DNA of 35,125 bases, taken from positions 1-35,125 of the IMG/VR virus record IMGVR_UViG_3300017754_001394; one strand, written 5' to 3'. The notes under the pieces are model-generated. The model was not told where the DNA came from, searched no databases, and was given only the letters and a program-made list of their open reading frames with translations. The DNA is from a virus. Taxonomy: Duplodnaviria; Caudoviricetes. Position numbers and translations under genes: made by a program. Numbering within the stretch: the stretch's first letter is position 1; every line of letters starts with the position of its first letter. Positions 25,575 through 35,125 of this stretch are shown in pieces.

Positions 25575-28500
25575 TTATCCTGATACAGTCCAACCCTTAC
25601 CAATCGCTTGGTTAGTGTTTAAGTTACGTGCAGTTAGTGTTGCAGCCGCGTTAGTAATACCACACACACCACTAATGATAACGTTAGCGTTAGCGTTAAC
25701 AGTTACAACTTGATTGCTTATAGTTGCGCCGCCAATAGTCATAACACCAGTACCGTTTGTTACTAAGTTGATAGCTGCGCCGCCTGCAGCCGTAGATACT
25801 TGGAATGTAGTACTAGTTCTACCTACCACGTAGTACGTAGTGTTGATTACAATACCAGTTGTAGTAGTAATAGCAGTAAATCTAACCATATCACCGTTAG
25901 CCAAACCGTTTAAACCGCCGCCGTTAGTATACACAACTGTATTCGCAGCATCGTTAAACGTGACAGGGATACCTGTATTCATGCCAGTACCATATAAGAA
26001 TGTACCTGTCAATACACCAACAGTGTTAGCCATTGTAACTACGTTAGATCCAGCAGTTGTACCACTTGTTTTAGCGTTGGCAATATCGGTGCCTGGGTTA
26101 CTACTAATAGAAATAGTCTGTGCAGTTGTTACCGGTATTAATGTGTTAGCAAAAATACTTTCCATTTCTGTTTTACCAAAACTACATGTAGCAACTGTAA
26201 ATGTAAACCTAGCATTACTTACATTCGATAATTTACTTAATGAAGGTGTGTTAACAAATGTTAATGTGGCCGCCGCCACTGCCACATTACCTAAGTTAAT
26301 ATTACTAATATCAACTAATGAACTTGCAACTTGAAACATTGTTGAAAAGTTAGCCACAGCATTAGTACCAAGGTTAGCAAAATTTAATGAATTGAAGCCA
26401 CTGCTGTTAGCAAATGAAATTGTACTAGTACAATTGACTAAATTTAACGTAGGTAAATTAGTCAAAGAACTACAGGTTTGAAACATTGAAGCAGCATTAT
26501 TAACTTTACTAGTATCAATAGGAGGCATTGAAGATAAACTTCTAGCAGCGTTGCACATATTATATGCGTTCGTAACATTACTAGTATTTAAGTTTGCAAT
26601 TGTTTGTACTTTGCTGTTTGCAAACATACTTGACATATCAGTTACATTACTAGTATCAAACGCTGGTATAGAAATGATTGATGAGTTTGAAAATGTGTTG
26701 GACATGTTAGCCACTTTACTAGTATTGATAGTTGGGATATCAAGTAATCTACTAGTACCAGAGAAAGTATAAGCCATATTAGTAGCATTACTTGTATTAA
26801 TATTAGGAACTACTTTAATGCCACTATTAGCAAACGTATTGGTAAAATTGGTACAATTTATGGTATTAATATTTGCAATAGTAACTAAATTAGTAGTGTT
26901 ACTAAATGCGTTTGCTAATGTTGTTACATTACTCATATTAAACTGAGGTATAGTAGTTAAACTACTACATGAACTAAATGCATTTGTAAAGGTAGCAACG
27001 TTAGTAAAGTTAAACAGTGGCACTGAAACTAAGTTAACACAACCGTTAAACATACTTGTTGTGTTTGTGGCTTTACTAGTATTATATAATGGTACAGTTG
27101 TTAAACCGGAACAACCATTAAACATCGAAATAAAGTTAGTAACGTTACCAGTGTCAAAAAATGGTACGTTGTCACTTGTTAATGAAACACAGTTGAAAAA
27201 CATACTTGAAGTACTAACAATGTTAGTAGTATTAGTAGGAGCTTTTACTACTCTTAACGCAGTACAACCGCTAAACATGGTACCAGGATCAGTTAATGCT
27301 GTTGTGGTAGTTATTGTAGGGGCAACTTCTAAAGAAGTACATCCAGTAAACATACCATTTATGTTAGTCACAGAGGGCAAATAGTAATCAGGACAATATA
27401 ACAAGCTGGTGCAACCATTAAACATAGTTGTAGCTAATATTGCGACACTAGTATTAGTAGTGCTTAACGCAGGAGCGGATATTAATCCGCTGTTACTAAA
27501 CATACTAGTCATGTCAGTAATTTGAATATTAGGATCTATAACAACGTTTTGCAAACTTCTTAAGTTAGCGAATGTTGAGTTAAAGGTAACTATTTGCTCT
27601 GCAGGACCAGGGACTGTAATTTGCTCTAGCATATACAATGGTGAAGTACTATTACTGTTTATTACAAATGCTTCACCTGGTAAGTTAATACTCATGTCTA
27701 ACCATCTAGCTGTATAGTTGTTCAATGTACCGCTGGTAGGAGTATATCTAACGTTGAAGTTGGCAGTCCCTATCCTTAAATTAGTATTCCAACTGGCGCC
27801 TACGCCACCATATGCATTAATAGTTACCGCCGCTGTTTTGTATCCGCGACTACATACAACTCCCGGCACACTAGAATAAACATAATTATGTTGCGCTTGT
27901 ACTGCGGTGTTAACTATATCAACTACACCATCTCCCCAATCCACTTGATAGTTTGCTGTAAGAGTCAAAGATGCGGGACTTATCAATGTATTAACTGTTT
28001 GACTAATGTTAACTGTAGCAGATATAGCTTGTCTGCTAGTCAATGTACCGTTGAAGCCACCTCCACCTACACATGTGTAGGTTCCAGTCCCACCTGTACC
28101 GGTTAAAAACGCACTAACATATTTTGTGCCACCAACAGCGTTAGTATAAAAAGCCGTGCCAACTACAATTGGGTCGCCGGTCATTGATGTAATAGTCAAT
28201 GTAGAAGTAGTAATATCAAAACTACCGTTAATTATACTGCTGTTAACTGAAGTAACATAGGTACCAGCAGCAACCCCGGTACCAGTTACTGATTGTCCAG
28301 TATAGATACCTGAATTCAGGGTACCGCCTGGTGTAGAAAAGGTTAAAGTAGTGCCTTGAATAGTTCCATCAGATGAAGTAAGATACGGGACTGTAACAGT
28401 ACAATTAAAAGCAACATAGTTACTACTCTGGTCATATACCGCATAGATACCTGTAGCATAATATGTGTCAGCTACTGTAGGTAATGCAGTCCAATCACTA

Positions 28501-28610
28501 GGTCTTGTATACGTAGTTGGCGTATTGTATGGAGTTGGATTCAACTGAGGCTGTAGAATGTTTCTACGACCGTTATTAATTAAATTCTGCTCTAATGTGG
28601 TGCTAGCCAT
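25575..28610 (-). CDS. BspA/DUF285-like repeat protein, putative receptor-binding protein
   Basis: 1011 aa; many ~22-25 aa repeats of the type dTsnvtnmssMFxxCxsLxxvP; PKD-like VDWGDG. Confidence 0.75.
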   Translation of the reverse strand: MASTTLEQNLINNGRRNILQPQLNPTPYNTPTTYTRPSDWTALPTVADTYYATGIYAVYDQSSNYVAFNCTVTVPYLTSSDGTIQGTTLTFSTPGGTLNSGIYTGQSVTGTGVAAGTYVTSVNSSIINGSFDITTSTLTITSMTGDPIVVGTAFYTNAVGGTKYVSAFLTGTGGTGTYTCVGGGGFNGTLTSRQAISATVNISQTVNTLISPASLTLTANYQVDWGDGVVDIVNTAVQAQHNYVYSSVPGVVCSRGYKTAAVTINAYGGVGASWNTNLRIGTANFNVRYTPTSGTLNNYTARWLDMSINLPGEAFVINSNSTSPLYMLEQITVPGPAEQIVTFNSTFANLRSLQNVVIDPNIQITDMTSMFSNSGLISAPALSTTNTSVAILATTMFNGCTSLLYCPDYYLPSVTNINGMFTGCTSLEVAPTITTTTALTDPGTMFSGCTALRVVKAPTNTTNIVSTSSMFFNCVSLTSDNVPFFDTGNVTNFISMFNGCSGLTTVPLYNTSKATNTTSMFNGCVNLVSVPLFNFTNVATFTNAFSSCSSLTTIPQFNMSNVTTLANAFSNTTNLVTIANINTINCTNFTNTFANSGIKVVPNINTSNATNMAYTFSGTSRLLDIPTINTSKVANMSNTFSNSSIISIPAFDTSNVTDMSSMFANSKVQTIANLNTSNVTNAYNMCNAARSLSSMPPIDTSKVNNAASMFQTCSSLTNLPTLNLVNCTSTISFANSSGFNSLNFANLGTNAVANFSTMFQVASSLVDISNINLGNVAVAAATLTFVNTPSLSKLSNVSNARFTFTVATCSFGKTEMESIFANTLIPVTTAQTISISSNPGTDIANAKTSGTTAGSNVVTMANTVGVLTGTFLYGTGMNTGIPVTFNDAANTVVYTNGGGLNGLANGDMVRFTAITTTTGIVINTTYYVVGRTSTTFQVSTAAGGAAINLVTNGTGVMTIGGATISNQVVTVNANANVIISGVCGITNAAATLTARNLNTNQAIGKGWTVSG

Positions 28611-28937
28611 TTATGTTAGCTCCGTACCAAACAATCCAAAAGATACAGTGCTTGTGCCTGCATAACATGTTACAACGTCAGTGTTTGCTAATGAAACACC
28701 TATAGTTAAAAACAATGTATCATTGCCATTCACTACAGCATCGTATACCACATACTGACTACTAGTTAATGTTGCGCCCGCAGGTCTAATTGCCAAACGA
28801 ATGTTTGTAGTTACGCCCTGATTACATGCAGTTAATGTACTTGCTACTGCGCCATTGGCAGTACCACATGTGTACAATGTAGTTGCTGTGTTTGCTGTTG
28901 GGATTGATTGTCCCAACACTTTGTAAATATTTGCCAA
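28611..28937 (-). CDS. Small beta-rich virion protein
   Basis: 108 aa, YKVLGQSxPxAxTxTTLY N-terminus; TTG start one base after the upstream stop. Confidence 0.7.
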   Translation of the reverse strand: MANIYKVLGQSIPTANTATTLYTCGTANGAVASTLTACNQGVTTNIRLAIRPAGATLTSSQYVVYDAVVNGNDTLFLTIGVSLANTDVVTCYAGTSTVSFGLFGTELT

Positions 28938-28938
28938 T

Positions 28939-31900
28939 TTAGGCTCCCATCATTAAAAATACGTTTTCAAATCCAGATGAAGCTCCGCCACCACCTGATT
29001 GATTTACGAAACTTAAATTACCAGTTCCGTCAGTCTGAATAACTTGTCCTGTGCTACCACCTGTTATTTTAACAGTAGTAACAGCACCTAGACTTATGTT
29101 ACTTCCGTTCCATGTAACAGTACTTATGCCGCCCATAGAACCGTTGTTATTGAATTGTATTTGAGTGTTAGCACCACCTGGAGTAGCAGTACTTGTAATA
29201 CCTGTCAATGCAGATCCATTACCGATAAAGTAATCGCCTGTAATGTTACCAGTAGCAGTTAAACTAGTTAATGTACCTAAGCTAGTAATGTTAGGTTGCG
29301 CTGCGGTAGTTACTGTACCTGCTGTAGTAGCTGATCCACTAGTAACTGCATATGTTGCATTTGCTACTGTACCGGACACATTAGCACCAGCTACGCTATT
29401 AGCTACCGCTGCAAATGCAACTTCGCCAGAAACGTTAGCACCTGCTACTGAGTTAGCAGTCGTTGCAAAAGCAACAGGACCACTGACGTTACTACCTGTA
29501 ACACTAAACGCATTACCTGCAAAGTTAGCGTAGTTAGCGTTCGCTACGTTTCCTACTGAAGGAGCAGCAGCAAATACACCGTTACCATACAAGATATTGC
29601 TCAAGTTACCATCTAAGTTAACAGTTGCAATGTTACCAATACCTGATACGTTTGCAACAGCTACGCTGTTTGCAGTTGTTGCATATGTAACTGCACCTGA
29701 CACGTTAGCGCCAGCTACTGAGTTTGCGACAGCAGCGAATGATACTTGACCACTTACGTTAGCACCTGCTACACTATTAGCAACAGCAGCGAATGGCACC
29801 TGTCCAGTTACGTTAGCACCAGTCAAGCTAGTTAAACCACTACCGTTTGCAATGATGTTAGTTACTGTTAATGTGTTCGATGTTTTGTCGAATGCAAAGT
29901 TTGCACTAGCACCCAAACTACCATTGTCATTAAATTGAACTTGTGTATTAGCACCTGCAGGAGTTGCAGTAGCAGTGATACCTGTCAGTGCAGAACCGTT
30001 ACCGATAAAATAATTACCAGTTACGTTACCGTTTAAGTTAACTGTAAACTTGTTTGTACCGTTTACATGGAAACGAGCAAACAATGCGTTAGCATTACTA
30101 GCTGCGTTGTTAGTATAAACACTAAGCAAGTTAGCATTACTGCCTAACGCTAACCCGCCAGGGGCTGCAATAGACACTATACCAGCGTTAGCATTACTAC
30201 CAGACGCAATAGCAAAACTTGCAACTGCACCAGCCGCCGCCACTGTGTTTGAAACAGAAAGATATGTTAGTGTACCTAAATCTGTAATGTTAGGTTGACT
30301 ATTACCAGTTACAGTAACAGCAGTTGAAACAGTACCATTTACGTTACCGACAGTTAGTGTGTTTGTTGTCTTATCGTATGTAAATTGACTGTTTGCTCCA
30401 GTTACGCCGCCGTCATTGAACTGAATATATGTGTTAGATCCAGCAGGAGTTGCAGTAGATGTAACACCTGTTAATTGACTACCGTTACCGATGAAGAACT
30501 TAGCACGAATATTACCTGTAGGTGTTACGTTAGCTTGACTTACGCCGTTCTTTCTAAAGTCTAATAGTAGTGAGTTAGTGTTGTTTACGTTGCCGGCATC
30601 AACACCATCAACGATTAATGTTGTATAATTGACACTCGCATTGCCCCAAACTGGAGTTAACTGTGCAGCAGTGGCTGAAGTATTAGGAGTTGTTACAAAA
30701 AACGTACTAGTCAACGTACCCAAACTACTAATGTTAGGTTGTGCGTTTCCAGTAACAGTTACAGCAGTTGTTGCAGTACCTGCTGAACCAGTTGTCAATG
30801 CATATGTTGCATTAGCTACTGTACCAGTTACGTTAGCACCAGTGATACTAGTTAACAATGAACCGTTACCTGTAAAGAAATTACCTGTAACTAAGTTACC
30901 ACCATTGATGTTACCACTAGTAATGTTACCAGTTACACCTAAACTTGTTAATGTACCTACTGAATTAATGTTAGGTTGAGCATTAGTTGTTACTGTACCT
31001 GCCGTAGTTGCAGTTGTAGCGGTACCGGCACTAACTGCATATGTTGCGTTAGCAACAGTACCAGTGACGTTAGCACCTGTTAAACTAGTTAATAACGAAC
31101 CATTACCTGAATGATAGTTACCTAAGATTAAATTACCGCCGTTAATGTTACCACTAGTAATGTTACCTGTAACAGTTAATGATGTCAACGAACCTACACT
31201 TGTGATGTTTGGTTGTGCTGCTGTATATACTGTTCCAGCAATTAAACTGTTAGCAACTTGTCCACTAACGTTACTACCTGCTACGCTATTAGCGACTGCT
31301 GCAAAAGCAACTTGTCCACTAACGTTACTACCTGCTACCGAGTTTGCGACAGTAGCAAATGCTACAGGACCTGAAACGTTGCTACCTGTAACACTGAAAG
31401 CATTACCTGCATAGTTTGCATAGTTAGCGTTACCTGTAGTTGCTGTAATACCTGTTAGTAAACTACCGTTACCACTAAAATAGTTACCAGTTACTAAGTT
31501 ACCTAAAGTAGCATTGCCGCTGGTAATGTTACCTGTAACACTTAGACTACTTAATGTACCTACAGAAGTAATGTTAGGTTGAGCTGCGGTGTATACAGTG
31601 CCAGCGACTAAACTATTAGCTACCTGTCCAGATACGTTTGCTCCGGCTACACTGTTAGCAGTAGTCGCATAAGTTACTGCACCTGATACATTAGCGCCCG
31701 CAACTGAGTTAGCAACTGTTGCAAAGTTAGCTAAATTAACTGTACCTATAATGTTTGCTGCCGCAACACTGTTAGCTAAATCAGCTACGTTTGCATGTGT
31801 TGCATTACCAACAATACCAGTAACGTTTGCACCAGTAATTGATGTTAATAATGAACCATCACCACTAAAATAGTTACCAGCTACTAAGTTACCTAAACTT

Positions 31901-33663
31901 GCATTTCCACTTGTAATGTTACCAGTTACTGACAATGAAGTTAATGTACCAACACTTGTAATATTAGGTTGACTGCTAGTAATCACAGTACCAGCAAAGT
32001 TTGCATAATTTGCGTTAGCAGTACTAGGTGCAGCTACCCAAGCACCATTGCCTGCAAGTAATTGACTACCATTACCACTTAAGTTAATAGTTGCGATGTT
32101 ACCAATTCCAGTAACGTTAGCTACAGGTACGTTACCCGTCCACGCTGTTTGTTGAACTGTGGTATCTGGGAATGTTAAATTACTTCTATCAAATGACCAT
32201 GTTTTGAAGTCGCTGTTTGCAGTGTTGCTAAAGTCAACTTGTAAATAATCAGGATGTAATGTACTTCTACCAGACAACGGAGTACCTGCAGTAGGTTCAC
32301 CTGTAATTAATTCAACCTGTCCAAATTGACTGCTAATCGTAGCACCACTGTAATTAGCTTGAGTCCATTGTATACGACCATTGTCGTCACTGAAAGTTAA
32401 ACCAGTAGCACCTTGTACTCCAATGTTGCCGTTAGTAAGTAAGTCAATAGTATATAGTTGACCATATTGATCCATACTAGCCATATTAGCAACGTTAGAG
32501 TTTACAGGGTCGCTTAATAGATATGCAACGTTAGAGTATGCTGCAAAGTTAGCATTTGATACGTTACCTGAAATAGTAATGTTACTTAATAAGCCACCGT
32601 CACCTAAGAAGAAGTTGGCACTGACTGCATTACCCGCATAGACATCACCAGCAATACCTACACCACCACCAACACGCAATGCGCCAGTAGTTGTGTCTGT
32701 TGCTGCTGTAGTTGGTTCAATGTAGAACTGACTTTCTGCGTGAATAAAACGCATCTTTTCATCTATTGTTTGAAAGCCACCAGTTGCAAATACAATGTCT
32801 TTTGTACTACCCTGCGGACCTGTAGCAATAACTAAGTTACCACCGTTCGTAGATGTATCATCTCCTTGAACAAAGAAGTAACCATCGTTAATGCCTGTGA
32901 TTGTGTAAGTTGGGTCGCTGAAGTTAGATCCAGTAAAACCCATGTCAGCCCATGCACCACTATCAGAGCCATTATCGCCATATGTAACATAGTCGGCAGA
33001 ACCATCTGGACTTCCGTTAACAACAGCAGCTTGAACATAAGTTGCACCGCTTGCTTTTGCAATGATTGTTGGGTTAGTTAAGCCGGTAGCGTTTGCTGTA
33101 TAACCTACGTATACAGCAGCATTTGATTGAATGTTACCTTCAACATACAAGCTAGTTAAGTTACCTACACTAGTAATATTAGGTTGAGCACTATTAACAA
33201 CGTTACCTGCAAAGTTTGCATAGTTAGCATTTGCACCTGAGCCTCCACCTGGCGCAAATACACCATTACCATATAATACGTTTGAGTTTGAACCAGTTAA
33301 GTTAACAACGGCGATGTTACCAATACCACTTACGTTTGCTACTGACACACTAAAAGCGGTACCCGCAAAGTTTGCATAGTTTGCGTTAGCTGTATTGGGC
33401 AATGCACCCCAAGTGCCATTACCTAGTAATGTCTGACTCCCGTTCCCACTATAATTTGTTGTTGCGATGTTACCAATACCAACTACGTTTGCAACACTCA
33501 CTGAGTTTGCACTATCTGCAACGTTAGCATGTCCTGCGTTTGTTGCATAGTTAGCATTACCTACGTTTGGTAGGTATTCTGGTTTTACACTTGTGGGCGC
33601 ACCATTACCATCTACGTTTACGATTTGGTAAAAGTTACTATTAATTTCGCCTCTTGTTGTCAT
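28939..33663 (-). CDS. Long repetitive tail fibre protein
   Basis: 1574 aa, Asn/Gly/Ala/Thr/Val-rich; repeats AQPNITSVGTLTSL, ANSVAGANVSG, ANYANFAG, GxNTQIQFND, FxGNGSxLT. Confidence 0.8.
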   Translation of the reverse strand: MTTRGEINSNFYQIVNVDGNGAPTSVKPEYLPNVGNANYATNAGHANVADSANSVSVANVVGIGNIATTNYSGNGSQTLLGNGTWGALPNTANANYANFAGTAFSVSVANVSGIGNIAVVNLTGSNSNVLYGNGVFAPGGGSGANANYANFAGNVVNSAQPNITSVGNLTSLYVEGNIQSNAAVYVGYTANATGLTNPTIIAKASGATYVQAAVVNGSPDGSADYVTYGDNGSDSGAWADMGFTGSNFSDPTYTITGINDGYFFVQGDDTSTNGGNLVIATGPQGSTKDIVFATGGFQTIDEKMRFIHAESQFYIEPTTAATDTTTGALRVGGGVGIAGDVYAGNAVSANFFLGDGGLLSNITISGNVSNANFAAYSNVAYLLSDPVNSNVANMASMDQYGQLYTIDLLTNGNIGVQGATGLTFSDDNGRIQWTQANYSGATISSQFGQVELITGEPTAGTPLSGRSTLHPDYLQVDFSNTANSDFKTWSFDRSNLTFPDTTVQQTAWTGNVPVANVTGIGNIATINLSGNGSQLLAGNGAWVAAPSTANANYANFAGTVITSSQPNITSVGTLTSLSVTGNITSGNASLGNLVAGNYFSGDGSLLTSITGANVTGIVGNATHANVADLANSVAAANIIGTVNLANFATVANSVAGANVSGAVTYATTANSVAGANVSGQVANSLVAGTVYTAAQPNITSVGTLSSLSVTGNITSGNATLGNLVTGNYFSGNGSLLTGITATTGNANYANYAGNAFSVTGSNVSGPVAFATVANSVAGSNVSGQVAFAAVANSVAGSNVSGQVANSLIAGTVYTAAQPNITSVGSLTSLTVTGNITSGNINGGNLILGNYHSGNGSLLTSLTGANVTGTVANATYAVSAGTATTATTAGTVTTNAQPNINSVGTLTSLGVTGNITSGNINGGNLVTGNFFTGNGSLLTSITGANVTGTVANATYALTTGSAGTATTAVTVTGNAQPNISSLGTLTSTFFVTTPNTSATAAQLTPVWGNASVNYTTLIVDGVDAGNVNNTNSLLLDFRKNGVSQANVTPTGNIRAKFFIGNGSQLTGVTSTATPAGSNTYIQFNDGGVTGANSQFTYDKTTNTLTVGNVNGTVSTAVTVTGNSQPNITDLGTLTYLSVSNTVAAAGAVASFAIASGSNANAGIVSIAAPGGLALGSNANLLSVYTNNAASNANALFARFHVNGTNKFTVNLNGNVTGNYFIGNGSALTGITATATPAGANTQVQFNDNGSLGASANFAFDKTSNTLTVTNIIANGSGLTSLTGANVTGQVPFAAVANSVAGANVSGQVSFAAVANSVAGANVSGAVTYATTANSVAVANVSGIGNIATVNLDGNLSNILYGNGVFAAAPSVGNVANANYANFAGNAFSVTGSNVSGPVAFATTANSVAGANVSGEVAFAAVANSVAGANVSGTVANATYAVTSGSATTAGTVTTAAQPNITSLGTLTSLTATGNITGDYFIGNGSALTGITSTATPGGANTQIQFNNNGSMGGISTVTWNGSNISLGAVTTVKITGGSTGQVIQTDGTGNLSFVNQSGGGGASSGFENVFLMMGA

Positions 33664-33680
33664 GTTCTGTCCCTTTTATG

Positions 33681-33686
33681 TATTTA
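33681..33686 (-). promoter_or_regulatory. TAAATA late-type promoter core
   Basis: tcaTAAATAca overlapping a stop codon, followed by AAAGGGA RBS and the fibre ATG. Confidence 0.6.
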
Positions 33687-34568
33687 TGAAATACGATAAC
33701 TTACTATTATGATGCCGTCTGAACCTGCAGCACCTGTTCTACCAGAGCCAGCTCCGCCAGTATTACGTGCAGAACCGCCACCGCCACCCGCACCTCTATT
33801 AGGTATTGATGCTGGAAAACCCGCATCGTTCGTTCCACCATTACCACCGCCACTTAATGAATCTCCTGCACCACCAAACCCAGTGCTGCTAAGAGGTTGA
33901 CCTGCGCCACCGCCACCGCCACCATAGTATACAACAGTTACTCCGTCACTTATAGTTGAACCTGAAGAAGTTCCACCATTACCACCATCGTTACCCACTG
34001 CGTTAGATCCATTTGATGAATCACCAGCTCCGCCACCTGAACTAGAAAAGGTTGTATTAGGTGCACCACCTGTACCACCTATACCGCTATCTCCACCATA
34101 TCCGCCGCCGTTAGTTAGAGGAGCACCTTTACCACCTTTACCACCGTTAACAGTGTATGAGAAGCCAACAGTGTTTCCGCCGTCTGCACCGTCATAGTAT
34201 GAACCGGCACCTTTAGTGCCAACCGTTAATGAATACGATGTAGGTGCTATAGATACCACAGCTTGACCAGTTTGTCCACCTCCACCTCCACCACCAGAAC
34301 CAAAGTATCTAATAGTAGGTGTTAGTAATGCACTTCCACCTCCACCACCTCCACCACCAACTAACAATACATTAACGTCATTGTATTCAGCAATGTTAGA
34401 AATGCTAGTTACATTAAACGTACCAGTAGATGTGAATGTGTGAACTTTGTAATTAATACCACCGTCACTATAATAAGATATAGTTCCGCCCGTAGCAACA
34501 ATGAACGGTGAGAAAGACCCACCGAATCCTCTAGAACTCAATGATGCAAACGTAGTAATTAACGGCAT
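33684..34568 (-). CDS. Glycine-rich tail-associated protein
   Basis: 294 aa; ATGG...YKVHTFTSTGTF, LLVGGGGGGG, poly-Gly tracts, GSDGIIIVSY end. Confidence 0.75.
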   Translation of the reverse strand: MPLITTFASLSSRGFGGSFSPFIVATGGTISYYSDGGINYKVHTFTSTGTFNVTSISNIAEYNDVNVLLVGGGGGGGGSALLTPTIRYFGSGGGGGGGQTGQAVVSIAPTSYSLTVGTKGAGSYYDGADGGNTVGFSYTVNGGKGGKGAPLTNGGGYGGDSGIGGTGGAPNTTFSSSGGGAGDSSNGSNAVGNDGGNGGTSSGSTISDGVTVVYYGGGGGGAGQPLSSTGFGGAGDSLSGGGNGGTNDAGFPASIPNRGAGGGGGSARNTGGAGSGRTGAAGSDGIIIVSYRIS

Positions 34569-35125
34569 TATTGGAACTCCGATAAGCTAGCAAGTACGTT
34601 GTACGTGCCAGATCCTGTTTTGAATATTGTATATGTGTATGATTGTTGTGCTGAACTTAATCTAGTACCAACTGTAGGAGCAATACCATTGACCCATTTA
34701 GGTGTGATATTAGAACCATCGATTTGAATACTGTTAGCTACGTAAGAAGTAGCACCTACAGTGTTTAAGAAAACTACTGTAACAGTGTCATTAGTAGGGA
34801 CACTACTGTTAAACGTAGTTGTACCATTACCTCTAAAGTTCAATGTAAAGTTAGCTGTAGCGTTACCTGAGTAGTACAAGATAGATTGATCCAATATATC
34901 ATAGTTGATTGTACCAGTTGCATTACCTGCAACAGTAGTAAACTTCTCATATGCACGTTGAATGATAACATTACCACCAACAGTCAAATCAGTCAATGTA
35001 CCTGTACTTGTGATGTTAGGTTGACTTGAGTTTACAACAGTACCAGCAAAGTTTGCATAGTTAGGAGTACCAGTTAATACTGTAATCCATGACAATCCAC
35101 CAGTACCATCTGTACTTAAAACTTG
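34568..35125 (-). CDS. Tail fibre protein, C-terminal part (5' end outside window)
   Basis: Frame is open to the window edge (QVLSTDGTGGLSW...) and shares NYANFAG/QPNITS repeats with the 1574-aa fibre. Confidence 0.75.
   Translation of the reverse strand, partial: QVLSTDGTGGLSWITVLTGTPNYANFAGTVVNSSQPNITSTGTLTDLTVGGNVIIQRAYEKFTTVAGNATGTINYDILDQSILYYSGNATANFTLNFRGNGTTTFNSSVPTNDTVTVVFLNTVGATSYVANSIQIDGSNITPKWVNGIAPTVGTRLSSAQQSYTYTIFKTGSGTYNVLASLSEFQ

Noticed and set aside
28923-32247. Antisense TAAATA copies inside fibre-block genes (about 28924 and 32242)
   Set aside because: Within coding DNA with no downstream plus-strand gene; expected background for an AT-rich hexamer.
4737-33900. Many overlapping or antisense ORFs in the track (e.g. 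16223-16576, 25840-26334, 30629-30979, 20877-21182)
   Set aside because: Shadows of real genes with biased codons; no RBS or family motifs, and the main ORFs already tile the sequence.
28939-35125. Diversity-generating retroelement TR/VR pair among the fibre repeats
   Set aside because: No reverse transcriptase in the window; repeats differ mostly at synonymous sites rather than specifically at adenines.
75-35125. Stop-codon reassignment or programmed frameshift
   Set aside because: Standard-code ORFs are full length and tightly coupled, TAA, TAG and TGA all end genes, and no split gene is evident.

Overview
Most of the genome of a small tailed phage with P22/SU10-like podovirus morphogenesis genes. 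On the minus strand: major capsid, scaffold, portal, terminase, small basic proteins, a Dps-like ferritin, ejection proteins, a tail hub, and long fibre/receptor-binding genes. A short plus-strand module follows a repeat-rich putative origin and encodes a Prim-Pol/PriCT-2 primase and a DUF3987-type helicase. No DNA polymerase, RNA polymerase, sigma factor, integrase, repressor or endolysin is recognisable in the window. The main observation is a TAAATA hexamer (T4-like gp55 late-promoter core, once the full TATAAATA) at 15 gene junctions, co-oriented with the downstream gene or RNA wherever that is visible, including the replication operon. This suggests a self-encapsidating phage whose transcription depends on a co-infecting T4-like helper, a bacterial analogue of a virophage. 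That is inference, because the rest of the genome is not visible. There are also two candidate structured RNAs: a three-way junction with 7-bp kissing loops ahead of the replication operon, and a ~125-nt sRNA complementary to translation-start regions. Protein family calls come from motif recognition and gene order, not database searches.
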